Shown here piece after piece: positions 1 to 11,462 of a stretch of DNA of 64,000 nucleotides. The stretch lies in assembly GCA_963737155.1 (NCBI GenBank), contig CAVTRN010000002.1:1088001-1152000 (forward strand), read 5' to 3'. Every line of letters begins with the position of its first letter. The first letter of the stretch is position 1. The position numbers and the translations under genes were made by a program. The notes beneath the pieces were generated by a model. The model saw nothing but the letters and a program-made list of their open reading frames with translations. It was not told the DNA's origin and did not search any database. This DNA is from Nitrospirota bacterium (GTDB lineage Bacteria; Nitrospirota; UBA9217).

Positions 1-522
1 ATGCGGGGTATGGACGACGATTCGATAAAGTATTATAAAAAAGCGATCAGCCTGGATGAAAATTTTTCCGAGGCTTACAACGCGGCCGGTGTCGTGTATG
101 AAAAGCAGCAGAAATGGGACGATGCTATCAAGTACTTCCAAAAGGCACTGGAGAATAAGCTTTATACTACTCCCCATATCCCGTATCTGAACATGGGAGA
201 CGTGTATATGGCTCAGAAGGATTATCCGAAAGCCGTTGAAGCCTACCGCAGCGCGAAGCAGTATGCCAATCAGGATTTCATTGTTCTTGAGCTTGCTTCC
301 GCGCTGGCCGAGGAGGGAAAAACCAAGGAGGCAATCAGCGAGTATCAGGAAGGGGTGAGCATGGCGCCACAGAATGTCGACATGCGTTACGGCTTGGCAC
401 TGGCGTATCTCAAAGATGGGAATAAAACGTCCGCTGTCCATGAATTCAAGAGAGTCACGGAACTTGCGCCTGAAAGCAACCTTGCTATAAAAGCAAATGA
501 TTATCTTAAAACCCTGAGGTGA
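1..522 (+). CDS. Tetratricopeptide repeat protein, PilF/PilW-like (probably 5'-truncated by window edge)
   Basis: Tandem TPR motifs (YKKAISLDENFSEAYNAAG; YFQKALEN-LYTTPHIPYLNMG); lies directly upstream of rodZ as in pilF-rodZ loci. Confidence 0.8.
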   Translation: MRGMDDDSIKYYKKAISLDENFSEAYNAAGVVYEKQQKWDDAIKYFQKALENKLYTTPHIPYLNMGDVYMAQKDYPKAVEAYRSAKQYANQDFIVLELASALAEEGKTKEAISEYQEGVSMAPQNVDMRYGLALAYLKDGNKTSAVHEFKRVTELAPESNLAIKANDYLKTLR

Positions 523-532
523 TAGGTGATGA

Positions 533-1369
533 ATGGGTACGGTAGGTAAATACCTGCAAGATGCGAGGGTTGCCCGCGGGATCGACTTGCGGGAGGCCGC
601 GCAGCAGACGCGCATCAGTCCACGCTACCTGAAAGCTCTCGAAGCTGAGGATTTTTCCCAGCTTCCCGGGGAAGTATTCGTCAAGGGATTTCTAAAAAGC
701 TACGGGAAGTTCTTGCAGCTTCCGGAGTCCGAGATTATGGAGCGGTATGCGCAGATTCAGCAAAAAAACACTTCCGCAGCCCCGCCGGCGCCCGCCGTGC
801 CGGCGGCCACGACCGTAGCTGAGGTTCATCATGTTCCGTCGAAATTTCCTCTAGAGCCCATGCTGTGGGTTGCAGGCATCGTGGTTGTACTTGTCCTTTT
901 TCTCTTTTCGGCGTTTCCGAGGCGGCAGCATGTAAAAGAGACGCAGGAGGGAAGTCTGACGTCGGCCGGGTCCGGCGAACTATCCTCCTTTCCAGTCCCG
1001 ACGGCTATGCCAGAAAAGCTTTACCTTAAGGTTGTTGCTCTCGAGGACACCTGGCTTCTGATCCGGACTGATACGAGTCCTGAGAAAAAAGCGATGCTGA
1101 TCAAGGGCGAGAGCCTTATCTGGAGCGCTGATGAAAGGTTCCTGCTGAGTTATGGCAGCGCGGGCGCTCTGAAACTTGTGCTGAATGGGAAAGAGTTGAC
1201 GGTCGACGAGCCGAAGAACGCGGAGATCAGGGATCTGACCATTATTTCTTCGGGAGTCGTAAACCGGAAAATAAAGGTAAGAAATTCCGCTGTATCAAAA
1301 CCGAAGTTAAAGCCGGACTCAAATTTACAACCATCTCAATCCACATCAGCGCCCGTCCGCGTGCGGTAG
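533..1369 (+). CDS. rodZ: RodZ-like cytoskeleton protein (HTH + TM + DUF4115)
   Basis: N-terminal HTH (LQDARVARGIDL...YLKALEAEDFSQLPGEVFVKGFLKSY), one TM helix, C-terminal W-L..D / GSAGALKLVLNGK domain. Confidence 0.9.
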   Translation: MGTVGKYLQDARVARGIDLREAAQQTRISPRYLKALEAEDFSQLPGEVFVKGFLKSYGKFLQLPESEIMERYAQIQQKNTSAAPPAPAVPAATTVAEVHHVPSKFPLEPMLWVAGIVVVLVLFLFSAFPRRQHVKETQEGSLTSAGSGELSSFPVPTAMPEKLYLKVVALEDTWLLIRTDTSPEKKAMLIKGESLIWSADERFLLSYGSAGALKLVLNGKELTVDEPKNAEIRDLTIISSGVVNRKIKVRNSAVSKPKLKPDSNLQPSQSTSAPVRVR

Positions 1370-1737
1370 CCACAGCTGGCTTCTGCTCAACGAAAACACC
1401 GGCGCAAATGCCCCCGAAACCGGTTCAGTAGCCCCCCCGACGAAACAGCCTGCGAATCCAGATATCTATTGGCGGTGTTTTATACCGCACCAATTTATTC
1501 AGGTCTTCTCCCCGCGCTTTTCGATCCCCTCAATGCCGATGCCAGTTTCTCCCCCTGGGCGAGTTCATAGCTGTTGAGCTTGATGTGTCATTCTTCCGCC
1601 ATCTTTTCGAACCGCTTTCCATATGGTTATTTGTCGACGTTCCTAACCGAATATTCCCCCGATTTTGTCCATCACCCGAAAGAAACCCAGGCTACCGTAC
1701 GGGTATCAGGAGGTCGTCGGGGAACCCAATATGTTGT

Positions 1738-2175
1738 CTATACCATTCCTGTCGACTCCATTCGATCTACATGCGTACCTTTCCAGTATATCTTGCTGCA
1801 AGACCCGCAACGGAGAAAATAATCGTTTGCTTCATAAACATAAACCGGCACGAGATCCCGGGCTTCATCTTTGTCGATGGGTTTAAGAGTCTCGTTACAA
1901 TCTGAACAGCGAGTGAGGGGCGTTGCTCCGACCGGGCAGGCTGCAAGAACCTGGGCGACCTGTTCCTCGACCTGAACACTTGCGATCAGGAGGTGGTTTT
2001 CTGCAAGAGGTCGGCAAGCGAGACCGTGATCACGGGTAAGGATAATGCGGTTCTGCTCCAGCGATATGCGGATTATCTCGTTGTCGTCGAAACCGTTGTT
2101 ATAGAGGACATCGAATCCTCGCAGCCGCAATCGCTTCGTGAGCCTTCCGAGCATGACATCAGCAATGAATCTCAT
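1738..2175 (-). CDS. Mut7-C RNase domain protein
   Basis: MRFIADVMLGRL..RLRLRGFD start, ILTRD, RCxxCN and CxxC..YWKGTH motifs. Confidence 0.9.
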   Translation of the reverse strand: MRFIADVMLGRLTKRLRLRGFDVLYNNGFDDNEIIRISLEQNRIILTRDHGLACRPLAENHLLIASVQVEEQVAQVLAACPVGATPLTRCSDCNETLKPIDKDEARDLVPVYVYEANDYFLRCGSCSKIYWKGTHVDRMESTGMV

Positions 2176-2284
2176 AAAAGCATTAGATAGGAGACTATAG
2201 GCATTAGTGAGAGACGAGCGACGAAGAAAAAGAAGCAAGCCCCTATATTTTGTTTCTGCCTGTTGTCGGCTTGATATCTCTTGA

Positions 2285-4720
2285 CTAACTGAACCTTCTC
2301 AGCCTTAAAGAGTTTGACACCACGCTCACAGAGCTGAAGGCCATGGCAGCCGATGCGATCATGGGGTTCAGCAGTATTGAGAATACGGGGTACAGTCCAC
2401 CCGCCGCTACGGGGATGCCGATGATGTTATAGAAAAAAGCCCAGAACAGGTTCATCTTGATCGTTTTCATGGTCCGGCGCGAAAGCCTCACTGCTGTAGC
2501 TACAATGCGCAGATCGTCTTTGATCAGCGTGACATCGGAAGCTTCGATTGCCACGTCTGTGCCTGTGCCGATGGCAATGCCCACATTTGCCTGAGCAAGG
2601 GCCGGCGCATCATTAATGCCGTCACCGACCATGGCCACGATGCGTCCTTCTTCCTGGAGTGTTTTAACCATTTCCATCTTGTCATGGGGGAGGACTTCAG
2701 CAAACACACGCGATATGCCCAACTCATTGGCAATGGCCTGGGCTGTGCGACGGTTGTCGCCCGTCAGCATAACAACTTCAAGGCCGAGGTCCTGGAGTTC
2801 CCTAACTGCCTCCTTCGAATGCTCCTTAAGGGTGTCCGCGACGGCGATGATTCCAGCTGCTTTGTTGTCGACCGCAACGAGCATGGGAGTTTCCCCGCGG
2901 CTTGACAGCTTTTCAGACTCGGCCTGGAACGATGCGAAATCGATTTTGCTGTCCGCCATCAGACGCTTGTTGCCAAGCAATATGGTCTTTCCCCGAAGCA
3001 CGGCTTTGACACCATGGCCGGGAAGCGCTTCGAATTCATCGGCCTGTTCGAGGCCTACGTTTATCTCACGGGCTTTCTGCACTATCGCTTCGCCGAGAGG
3101 ATGCTCCGAACCTTTTTCCGCGGAGCCTGCATAAAAGAGGATTTCCCGCTCGCTCATGCCATCTCTGATAATCTCCGTGACTTTGGGCTTTCCACGCGTG
3201 AGTGTCCCGGTCTTGTCGAGAACGATCGTATTGATCTTCTGTGCCCGTTCCAGACTCTCGGCATTTTTAAAAAGAATACCTTTTTCTGCGCCTTTCCCCG
3301 TTCCTACCATGATCGCCGTAGGCGTGGCCAGCCCCATGGCGCACGGACAGGCGATGATGAGGACGGCGATAAAGTTCAGCAGTGCGAAAGTGAATCGCGT
3401 TTCCGCAGGTCCGAAAATATACCAGACCGCGAACGTGACGAGTGCAATGCTGATCACGGAAGGCACGAAAATACCGGAGATGTAATCGGCAAGTCGCTGG
3501 ATCGGCGCCTTGGAGCCCTGAGCCTCCTGAACCATGCGGATGATTTGGGACAGCATGGTTTCCTTGCCGACCTTGGTTGCCTCGAACGTGAAGGTCCCGA
3601 TCTTGTTGATCGTGGCGCCTATAACCTGATCGCCGGTCTTCTTGTCCACGGGCAGACTTTCTCCAGTAAGCATAGATTCATCGATTGAGGAGTATCCGTC
3701 CCGGATTACGCCGTCAACGGGTACCTTCTCCCCGGGACGCACGATGACGAGATCACCCGATTCGACGTCTTCAATAAGGATGTCCTGCTCCACACCCTCG
3801 CGAACAACTCGGGCCGTTCGCGGCCGTAGGCCGACGAGCTTTTTGATGGCCTCGCCCGCTCGGGTCTTGGCGCGCGCTTCTAAATACTTGCCGAAGAGGA
3901 CCAAAGTGATGATCATGGTCGCCGTGTCATAGTATGTGCCGCCATGGTTCCCATAGTGTCCTAACGCCGACGGAAAAAAGGTGAGCACAACACTGTAACC
4001 GTAGGCCGCGGACGTGCCGACAACGACCAGCGTGTTCATGTTCGTACTGCCGTGTTTGATCGAGGCCCAGGCATTCTGGTAAAAATGGCGGCCTACCCAG
4101 AACTGGACCGGTGTTGCCAGGAGAAACAGGATGAACCACATGGTCCGAGGAGGGACGACGTCAGTGATGGGGAGCATGTCCTGGAAACTGCCGATCATCA
4201 CCAACACGGAAAGGATGGCGCTCATGATGAGCTTGGTGCGGAGGTCCGAAAGTTCCTTCATCCGCGCTTCTTTTTCTATATCGAGAGCTGACCGGCCTTC
4301 CGCCTGCTGCGGAAGGCGGAAACCGGCTTTTTCAATGGTTCTTCGGATATCGCGTAAGCCGACCTGGCCGGGAACATATGCCAGCTCGATGGTTCCAGCT
4401 GTGCCATTTACAGCAGTTTTCAGCACGCCATCCATGGACGTTATGACCCGTTCGAGTTCACGTACCCGCGATACGTCAAGATCTATGACCGGAAGGACGA
4501 TTGTTTCCGTTACAGCCTGATAGCCGAGTTCATTGATGCTGGAAATGAATTTGTCCAGTTCCACAACCGCGGGATCAAATTCAACAACGGCTTTTTCATT
4601 AGCGTAATTGACGTTGGCGGCTTTTACTCCAGCCAGCTTTGAGAGGTCCTTCTGGATGGCAGCGGCACAGTTTACGCAGGTCATGCCTTTGACCGGAATA
4701 ACGGCTTTCTTAGTCACCAT
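2285..4720 (-). CDS. copA: Cu(I)-translocating P1B-type ATPase
   Basis: GMTCVNC HMA domain, [31 protein letters not shown] and MAFSS Cu(I) signatures. Confidence 0.95.
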   Translation of the reverse strand: MVTKKAVIPVKGMTCVNCAAAIQKDLSKLAGVKAANVNYANEKAVVEFDPAVVELDKFISSINELGYQAVTETIVLPVIDLDVSRVRELERVITSMDGVLKTAVNGTAGTIELAYVPGQVGLRDIRRTIEKAGFRLPQQAEGRSALDIEKEARMKELSDLRTKLIMSAILSVLVMIGSFQDMLPITDVVPPRTMWFILFLLATPVQFWVGRHFYQNAWASIKHGSTNMNTLVVVGTSAAYGYSVVLTFFPSALGHYGNHGGTYYDTATMIITLVLFGKYLEARAKTRAGEAIKKLVGLRPRTARVVREGVEQDILIEDVESGDLVIVRPGEKVPVDGVIRDGYSSIDESMLTGESLPVDKKTGDQVIGATINKIGTFTFEATKVGKETMLSQIIRMVQEAQGSKAPIQRLADYISGIFVPSVISIALVTFAVWYIFGPAETRFTFALLNFIAVLIIACPCAMGLATPTAIMVGTGKGAEKGILFKNAESLERAQKINTIVLDKTGTLTRGKPKVTEIIRDGMSEREILFYAGSAEKGSEHPLGEAIVQKAREINVGLEQADEFEALPGHGVKAVLRGKTILLGNKRLMADSKIDFASFQAESEKLSSRGETPMLVAVDNKAAGIIAVADTLKEHSKEAVRELQDLGLEVVMLTGDNRRTAQAIANELGISRVFAEVLPHDKMEMVKTLQEEGRIVAMVGDGINDAPALAQANVGIAIGTGTDVAIEASDVTLIKDDLRIVATAVRLSRRTMKTIKMNLFWAFFYNIIGIPVAAGGLYPVFSILLNPMIASAAMAFSSVSVVSNSLRLRRFS

Positions 4721-5094
4721 GAAATCATTTTACCACAAAGGGTGACAGGGACAAAGCGATACAAGTATCAGGAAGAAGCGAAACCATGATCTCGCAGACC
4801 GCTGATGAGTTTTTTTCTCACCCGCGTTGAAAACCCCTGATCTTCAGGGTGGAAACATAAAGCGCTGGTTGCGAAGCAACCGGGTAAGCATTTTTTTGAG
4901 AAAAGTGTCCCAATATTCACTTTTCTGACGCCATTGAAGATGGTTAAGATATTTAGCATATACGATTTTAGCTATAATATTATGCAAATGCTATTATTTA
5001 AAATTTTAATTGAGTATTTTGTAAACTTGTGGTATTGTAAGCGCCACACGCTTAAGAAAGCGTATTTCAAATTCAATAAGGAGGGTTATAACAC

Positions 5095-5388
5095 ATGAAG
5101 AGGTTTTCAGCAATTATGGTGGTAGTGGTTCTGGCAGTATCCATGGCATCATTGGCTTTCGCTGCAGAGTCGAAGATGGGCACAATTAAGAGCGTTAACG
5201 CCGCGGCTGGCACGGTCGTTTTTTGCCCAGAGGGATCAACCCAGGATATTACACTTAAGGCTGACAAGTCCGTTGATCTCAGCCAAGTGAAGGCCGGCGA
5301 GAAGGTTAACGCGACCATCAATAAAAACATGCTCGAAAATGTCATGGCTGCTCCCGCGGGAGCTCCCAAAGCTTCAGTGGGTTGCTAA
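5095..5388 (+). CDS. Small exported beta-rich protein with C-terminal Gly-Cys
   Basis: SD AAGGAGG, signal peptide ending AFA-A, ends ...KASVGC, followed by a terminator. Confidence 0.85.
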   Translation: MKRFSAIMVVVVLAVSMASLAFAAESKMGTIKSVNAAAGTVVFCPEGSTQDITLKADKSVDLSQVKAGEKVNATINKNMLENVMAAPAGAPKASVGC

Positions 5389-5408
5389 TCTCTGCATTTA
5401 TCCAGTCA

Positions 5409-5440
5409 GGGAGTCCCCGGATAGGGAGACTCCCTTTTTT
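5409..5440 (+). terminator. Intrinsic terminator
   Basis: GGGAGTCCCC-ggata-GGGAGACTCCC followed by T7. Confidence 0.85.
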
Positions 5441-5664
5441 ATTGCGTTTAGTCATCTTACCAAATGAGAACACATCTTCTTCGAAGGCTCATCTAGGGAG
5501 AGCTGGCGCCAAGGTAAAAGTCGATTCAAAAGGGAATGTAGGAAAACAGCGATTTTGCCCCGTCGCAAAAATTCTTGATTTGTAGGGACGTTTGTTTTAT
5601 TATTGTGCGGCAAATTGATTGTGCGGTTTGAAGAAAAAAAATACGGATATTCGGGGAGGAAGTA

Positions 5665-5892
5665 GTGATTAAAGTGAACCAGGAAGAACTCAAACAAAAA
5701 ATCGAAAAACTGAAAAAGGTGGCTGTCGAAAAAGCGGCAAAGTCCGTAGGCAAGAAATCGGATCCCGAGGCTCGAAAAGCACTGAAACAGGTAAAGCGAG
5801 CTCAGCGGAAACTGCGCGTTGCAAAGACCTATAAGCAAGCCGAAAAGAAGGCGGCCGAGGGGCAAGCTGCAGGTGAGAAGGCTTCAGCATAA
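5665..5892 (+). CDS. Small Lys/Ala-rich basic hypothetical protein
   Basis: GGAGGA before GTG; helical, strongly basic sequence. Confidence 0.75.
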   Translation: MIKVNQEELKQKIEKLKKVAVEKAAKSVGKKSDPEARKALKQVKRAQRKLRVAKTYKQAEKKAAEGQAAGEKASA

Positions 5893-6294
5893 GCGGAAGG
5901 CAATGTGAAGTTCCCAGGTTTTTGTCATAGTATAAAGCTTGTTTTTTAAAGAGTAATTGCGGTCTGTGCACTCGGGATAACTGCTATTTCAGCCACGGTC
6001 GGCGTATGATTGCAAGAAGTCTCAGGGCCACCAATCCGGACAACAACGCAAAGAAGACAAAGTTAAGCCTGGAACAAAACAGTGGGAATTTTCCGTAAAC
6101 TGTCTTGTGCTAAAGCAGAATTGACAGCGCTTCAAAGTACTCTTGCAGAGGTCAGAAATTGTGTCAGCAATTCGGAAGAGCAGGCGAAACGGGGTACGGG
6201 CAAATTGATATTGGAAGGGCTGGAACCGCTTGTGATGAGGAAAGATCAAATATCGCGGACAGGGACGGCTGACAAAAATATATTGGCAAGGTCT

Positions 6295-7794
6295 ATGAAA
6301 ATTACTGTTGCTAGAGGCAGGATAGAAACATACAAAACCAGTGGCGCCGTACTGATGCTGTTTGATGAGGAGAAGCCCGGCAAGACGGCGGAGCGGGTAG
6401 ACAAAGCGTTGGGTGGAATGGTCAGCCGCCTCATGAAGCGCGGTGATTTCAAAGCGAGCCCCGGCGCGGTCCATCTCCTCTATCCTGCGGGACATATTCC
6501 CGCGGAGAGGTTGCTTCTTGCGGGGCTTGGCAAACGCGGCGACTTCACGCTGAACCGTCTTCGTCAAGCCTTGGGCAAAGCCGCTCCGGCATTGAGAGCG
6601 GTCGGAGCAAGGGATTTCGCCATTGCAGTGGACGAGCTTGGCCAAAACAGCGAGGAAATTGGCCAGGCAGTGGCTGAGGGCAGCCTGCTCGGCCTCTACC
6701 TTTTTTTGAAATATAAGACAACCGATGAGGGCAGCCGCACGAAGTCTATTCAAAAGATATCAGTGCTGACCGAAATGGGGTCCGCGGTCAAGGCCCTGCA
6801 GAAGGGTGTGAAGACCGGCGAAGTAATCGCGGAGTCCACGTCCATGGTTCGCGATATGGTAAACACCCCGGCATTAGACATGACGCCGACAGTTGTTGCC
6901 GCGAAAGCGCGTGAGATAGCACGGCAGTTCGGACTTAAGATCCAGGTACTCGAAAGACGGCAGATGGAAAAGCTTGGCATGGGTGCGCTTCTTGGTGTCG
7001 CCTTAGGTAGTGTCCAGCCGCCGAAGTTCATCATTGTCGAATACCGGAGAGGCGGCAGCAAGCCGGTCATCGCCTTGGTGGGTAAGACTATCACATTCGA
7101 TTCCGGTGGCATTTCCATCAAACCGGCCGAGAACATGGATAAGATGAAGGATGACATGTCCGGCGGAGCGGCGGTGCTCGGCGCGATCCGCACTGCTGCG
7201 GCGCTTAGGCTGCCGCTCAATATCGTGGCTCTGCTCCCATCAACGGAAAACATGCCGAGCGGTAGCGCGCTTAAGCCCGGTGATGTTCTTAGGACGTTGT
7301 CCGGACAGACCATCGAGATCATCAATACCGACGCCGAGGGCAGGCTCATTCTATCCGATGCCCTTGCTTATGCCTGCCGATACAAACCCGCGGTGATTGT
7401 GGATATCGCTACGCTTACAGGTGCATGTTCCATCGCTCTGGGGCAGGAAGCTGTGGGTATGCTTGGCACCGACGAAACGTATAAACAGATAATTCGCGAA
7501 GCCGGTCTTAAGACAGGTGAACGGGTTTGGGAGTTACCTCTCTGGGAAGAGTACTATGAGTTGATCAAGAGCGACATAGCGGACATGAAGAACGCCGGCG
7601 GAAGGGCAGGCGGAGTGATTACGGCAGCGGCGCTCTTGTCGAAGTTTGTGAAAAAATATCCATGGGTCCATCTCGATATCGCGGCGATGGCCTGGAGTGA
7701 GAAAGACAAGCCTTTTACGCCGAAAGGCGCCACTGGTGTTGGAATGAGGCTCCTGACGCAGTTCCTCCGTGATTACGCGGCGAAAGCCAAGTGA
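6295..7794 (+). CDS. pepA: Leucyl aminopeptidase (M17)
   Basis: VGKTITFDSGG, MKDDMSG, NTDAEGRL, WVHLDIA; start moved to MKITVARG. Confidence 0.95.
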   Translation: MKITVARGRIETYKTSGAVLMLFDEEKPGKTAERVDKALGGMVSRLMKRGDFKASPGAVHLLYPAGHIPAERLLLAGLGKRGDFTLNRLRQALGKAAPALRAVGARDFAIAVDELGQNSEEIGQAVAEGSLLGLYLFLKYKTTDEGSRTKSIQKISVLTEMGSAVKALQKGVKTGEVIAESTSMVRDMVNTPALDMTPTVVAAKAREIARQFGLKIQVLERRQMEKLGMGALLGVALGSVQPPKFIIVEYRRGGSKPVIALVGKTITFDSGGISIKPAENMDKMKDDMSGGAAVLGAIRTAAALRLPLNIVALLPSTENMPSGSALKPGDVLRTLSGQTIEIINTDAEGRLILSDALAYACRYKPAVIVDIATLTGACSIALGQEAVGMLGTDETYKQIIREAGLKTGERVWELPLWEEYYELIKSDIADMKNAGGRAGGVITAAALLSKFVKKYPWVHLDIAAMAWSEKDKPFTPKGATGVGMRLLTQFLRDYAAKAK

Positions 7795-8269
7795 CAAGTA
7801 ACTGGTACGTGATAAACACTTCTCAATATTCGAATATATTTTGAAGCTTGTTTGAGATTTAAAATTTTTATCCTCCATGGATATACACCAGATTGAGATA
7901 TTTTACACGCTTGTCAAGTTTTGCGGTTTTTCCAAGGTAGCGGAAAACTTCTTCTCCCCAACCCGCAGCAAGCGAGCATATCAAGAAACTGGAACATGAT
8001 TGTCTGCTAAACTCATGGATCGGCTCGGATAGTAGGCTGTGCCTACCGCGGCGGGGGCAATTCTCGTCCGCCATCATCCTTCGCAAGAGAGTAGACTGTT
8101 CCCCTCTGTGTCAGCCCGTTATTGAGTTGATCCTGAAAGAAAAATGAGCACCTTCTGAATATCAAGCCGGCAACAAACAGGGAATATCCTCTGGCCTCTT
8201 CCACAAATCCCTTGACTCTTTGACGCGGCGCTTCTAAAATAATGGAACTTTCTTTGCACTCGGCCCTGG

Positions 8270-8902
8270 ATGCACACTAATCTTACATATGAAGAAGCCC
8301 GGTCGAATAGTGAAAAGGTCCTCATCAAGGGCCAATTCTACAAGGCCGATGTATTTATTACACGGTCCAGCGACGGCCGTTTTATCGTAAAGGACTTTAC
8401 GCAAAAGGGGTTCTGGGAGCGGAACGTCGTTGGAAGGATCGTCGTCAGTCGAGAAGCCCGAGCCTATGCGGCGCTGGCAGGGATTGACGGACTGCCGACG
8501 CGTTTCAAGCGATTGTCGCCGTTAGCGCTTGCACTAGAATATCTGGAGGGAAAGGACCTTGGTGCCGTTGAACAAAAGGAAATTGGGCCTGACATCATCA
8601 GCCAGTTTGAAGGGATCGTGAAGGAAATCCACGATCGCGGCTGGGTCCACCTTGACCTTCATCGCAGAACGAATATACTCCTTGTTAGCGGCAAAGTGTA
8701 CATCGTGGACCTTGCCTCCGCCTTGCATCCGGGCGGCGTCCTCATTATCGGCCGTTGCCTTACCCGGATGATCGGCCTTGCGGACCGGTTGTCCCTCATT
8801 AAATTAAAAACGATATTCGCTCCCCAGGCATTGACCTCCCAGGAGCGGATCTGGCTCAGGATCAGGAACAGGATCATGCCGACGAAATGGAATATGCCAT
8901 GA
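8270..8902 (+). CDS. RIO1/Kdo-like atypical kinase (phosphotransferase)
   Basis: IVKDF lysine, REARAY, HLDLHRRTNILL catalytic loop, IVDLASA. Confidence 0.75.
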   Translation: MHTNLTYEEARSNSEKVLIKGQFYKADVFITRSSDGRFIVKDFTQKGFWERNVVGRIVVSREARAYAALAGIDGLPTRFKRLSPLALALEYLEGKDLGAVEQKEIGPDIISQFEGIVKEIHDRGWVHLDLHRRTNILLVSGKVYIVDLASALHPGGVLIIGRCLTRMIGLADRLSLIKLKTIFAPQALTSQERIWLRIRNRIMPTKWNMP

Positions 8903-8978
8903 TGGGTGAACAGACGACGAGGCACTCATTTGCCCGGGTATCAGTGATGCCGGTGTTCTCTCTAGAATAATATCGATC

Positions 8979-10985
8979 ATGCCTAAATTCAAGATCACTT
9001 CGAATTTCAAGCCCACCGGTGATCAGCCTGAGGCTATTGACAAGCTTTCCCAGGGAATCATCAAGGGGTTGCCGAACCAGGTTCTTCTGGGCGTGACCGG
9101 ATCAGGTAAGACCTTTACCATGGCGAATGTCGTGGAGCGCGTGCAAAAGCCGACGCTCGTCATCGCGCACAACAAAACGCTGGCCGCACAGCTGTACAAT
9201 GAGTTTAAAGAGCTTTTTCCCGGCAACGCCGTAGAATATTTTGTTTCCTATTACGACTACTATCAGCCGGAGGCCTACCTTCCAACAACAGATACCTACA
9301 TCGAAAAGGACTCCTCCATCAATGAGCAGATTGACCGCATGCGCCACTCCGCGACAAATGCACTTTTAGAAAGAGACGACGTGATCGTCGTAGCCTCGGT
9401 CTCGTGCATTTACGGACTGGGTTCGCCCGAAGCGTACCGCGGAATGCTGCTGTTTCTGGAAAAAGGGCAGCATATCGAGCGGAACGATATCCTGCGCAAA
9501 CTCGTGGAAATCCAGTACACGCGAAACGACTTCGATTTCCAGCGGGGTACATTCCGGGTACGTGGAGACGTGGTCGAGATCTTTCCAGCATCTCACGAAA
9601 GCACGGCGATCCGCGTCGAGATGTTTGGTGACGATATCGACGGCATATCGGAATTCGATCCGCTCCTGGGTACGCCCCTGAACAAACTGGACAAAACCGC
9701 GATTTATCCGAGCAGCCATTACGTGATCCCTGAAACGCGCATGAAAGATGCCATCGACGGGATCCACGCGGAGCTTCGCGACCGCATCCAGTATTTTCGC
9801 AAAATGAATAAATTGATAGAAGCTCAACGCATCGAGCAGCGAACAATGTTCGATCTCGAGATGATTCAAGAGATGGGGTATTGCCACGGTATTGAGAACT
9901 ACTCGCGCCATCTTTCGGGACGGTCTCCGGGTGAGCCGCCGCCTACGCTCCTTGATTACTTTCCCAAGCACTTCTTACTGATCGTCGACGAATCGCACGC
10001 TACGATTCCGCAAATCGGAGGCATGTATAACGGCGATCGAGCCCGAAAGCAAACGCTCGTGGATTTTGGATTCCGGTTGCCATCGGCGCTTGACAATCGT
10101 CCGCTTAACTTCGAGGAGTTCGAATCGCGGATACACCAGACTGTGTATGTCTCGGCAACACCCGCTGATTTCGAGGTTGAAAAAGCCGGGAACAGGATCA
10201 TTGAACAGGTCATCCGTCCCACGGGCCTCACGGACCCGAAAATCGCGATCAGGCCGGTTAAAGGCCAGGTTGACGACCTGCTGAGTGAAATCGGGAAACG
10301 GGCGGAGGCAAAAGAGCGAGTGCTTGTAACCACGCTGACGAAGCGCATGGCTGAGGACCTGACCGAGCATTACAAGGAATTAAACGTCCGCGTTGCCTAT
10401 CTGCATTCCGACATCGACACTCTGGAGCGGGTAGACATAATCCGAGATCTGCGGCTGGGCAAGTACGACGTCCTGATCGGCATCAATCTCCTCCGTGAAG
10501 GCCTGGATATTCCCGAGGTATCGCTTGTCGCCATTCTCGACGCCGACAAGGAGGGGTTTCTCCGCTCAACGCGCTCGCTCATCCAGACCATGGGCCGTGC
10601 GTCGCGCAACGTGAACGGCGAGGTGATTCTCTATGCAGAGAACATCACCGATTCGATGCGCAATGCGATTAATGAAACGAACCGGCGGCGGACAGTGCAG
10701 GAGGAGTACAACAGGAAGCATAACATTACACCGACAACCGTGAAGAAAAACATCATGGCCGCGCTCAGAACCGTTTATGAACAGGATTACTTCACTGTTC
10801 CGATCACGGCCGAAGAAGCAGGAGGGGATGTTGCGACCGTGGACATTCCCATGCTTATTGCACGACTGGATAAACAGATGCGGGCAGCGGCTAAGGAACT
10901 TGATTTTGAAACCGCCGCCGAGCTTCGGGACAAAATCAGATCTTTGAAGCAGCGGGAGTTGGCCGTTGGGGTAAAAGTGGAGTAG
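8979..10985 (+). CDS. uvrB: Excinuclease ABC subunit B
   Basis: [33 protein letters not shown]-terminal UVR domain. Confidence 0.99.
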   Translation: MPKFKITSNFKPTGDQPEAIDKLSQGIIKGLPNQVLLGVTGSGKTFTMANVVERVQKPTLVIAHNKTLAAQLYNEFKELFPGNAVEYFVSYYDYYQPEAYLPTTDTYIEKDSSINEQIDRMRHSATNALLERDDVIVVASVSCIYGLGSPEAYRGMLLFLEKGQHIERNDILRKLVEIQYTRNDFDFQRGTFRVRGDVVEIFPASHESTAIRVEMFGDDIDGISEFDPLLGTPLNKLDKTAIYPSSHYVIPETRMKDAIDGIHAELRDRIQYFRKMNKLIEAQRIEQRTMFDLEMIQEMGYCHGIENYSRHLSGRSPGEPPPTLLDYFPKHFLLIVDESHATIPQIGGMYNGDRARKQTLVDFGFRLPSALDNRPLNFEEFESRIHQTVYVSATPADFEVEKAGNRIIEQVIRPTGLTDPKIAIRPVKGQVDDLLSEIGKRAEAKERVLVTTLTKRMAEDLTEHYKELNVRVAYLHSDIDTLERVDIIRDLRLGKYDVLIGINLLREGLDIPEVSLVAILDADKEGFLRSTRSLIQTMGRASRNVNGEVILYAENITDSMRNAINETNRRRTVQEEYNRKHNITPTTVKKNIMAALRTVYEQDYFTVPITAEEAGGDVATVDIPMLIARLDKQMRAAAKELDFETAAELRDKIRSLKQRELAVGVKVE

Positions 10986-11009
10986 GGGCGGCAGAGTCAC
11001 AATGCGGAA

Positions 11010-11166
11010 TTGTCCAAGGATGCTCAGACACTTCTGGAATATTTTGTGTGGGTCGATAGTATGCGAGACCTTTTCGATCAAGAGAGAAAAGTCGAGCGCG
11101 GAAAAGACGATTTCACCGACATAATTATCGACAGGTCTTATTGGTGCGGTGGTTTGTATGCCGTTG
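11010..11166 (+). pseudogene. Truncated hypothetical gene interrupted by the intron remnant
   Basis: Protein-like frame (...YWCGGLYAVVE) that runs straight into the intron-derived sequence. Confidence 0.35.
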
Positions 11167-11330
11167 TCGAGTCCAGTGTTATACATGGCGCATCCAAATG
11201 TTTGCTTCACCACGCTGGGTTTTTCGGACCTGGCAGCTCGTACGACTGCCTAACCAGCCGAATCGCCGTCTACGGACCCGTACGCACGGTCGTGTGACAG
11301 GAAAGCCCGTGCGGGCCTACCTGTGTTGAT
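11167..11330 (+). mobile_element. 5'-truncated group IIC intron remnant (RT/maturase C-terminus + domains V and VI)
   Basis: Frame SSPVLYMAHPNVCFTTLGFSDLAARTTA* resembles a IIC RT C-terminus; then GAATCGCCGTCTACGGACCCGTACGCACGGTCGTGT (DV, CGC triad) and a DVI hairpin ending ...TTGAT. Confidence 0.85.
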
Positions 11331-11462
11331 TGGTTTTCCAGTCAGCGTCGTGTCACGAAGCTTGCCGTGTCTCCCCCCGAGGCCCTCCTCGTTCAACCAC
11401 AAATGTATCTCGCCAATATCCTCGTTTCCCGAAGGGAAAATCCATGGTACAATAAGCATGCA

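Noticed and set aside
1370-1737. Possible gene between rodZ and the Mut7-C gene
   Set aside because: Only stop-interrupted protein-like fragments; no family assignable
5380-5388. Selenocysteine read-through in the Gly-Cys protein or dsr accessory genes
   Set aside because: Stops are TAA/TAG or follow complete domains; no in-frame TGA at Cys positions
6082-6294. N-terminal extension of pepA in the ORF track (similarly uvrC, trmH-like, thrC, rarA, ymdB)
   Set aside because: Family homology starts at downstream start codons
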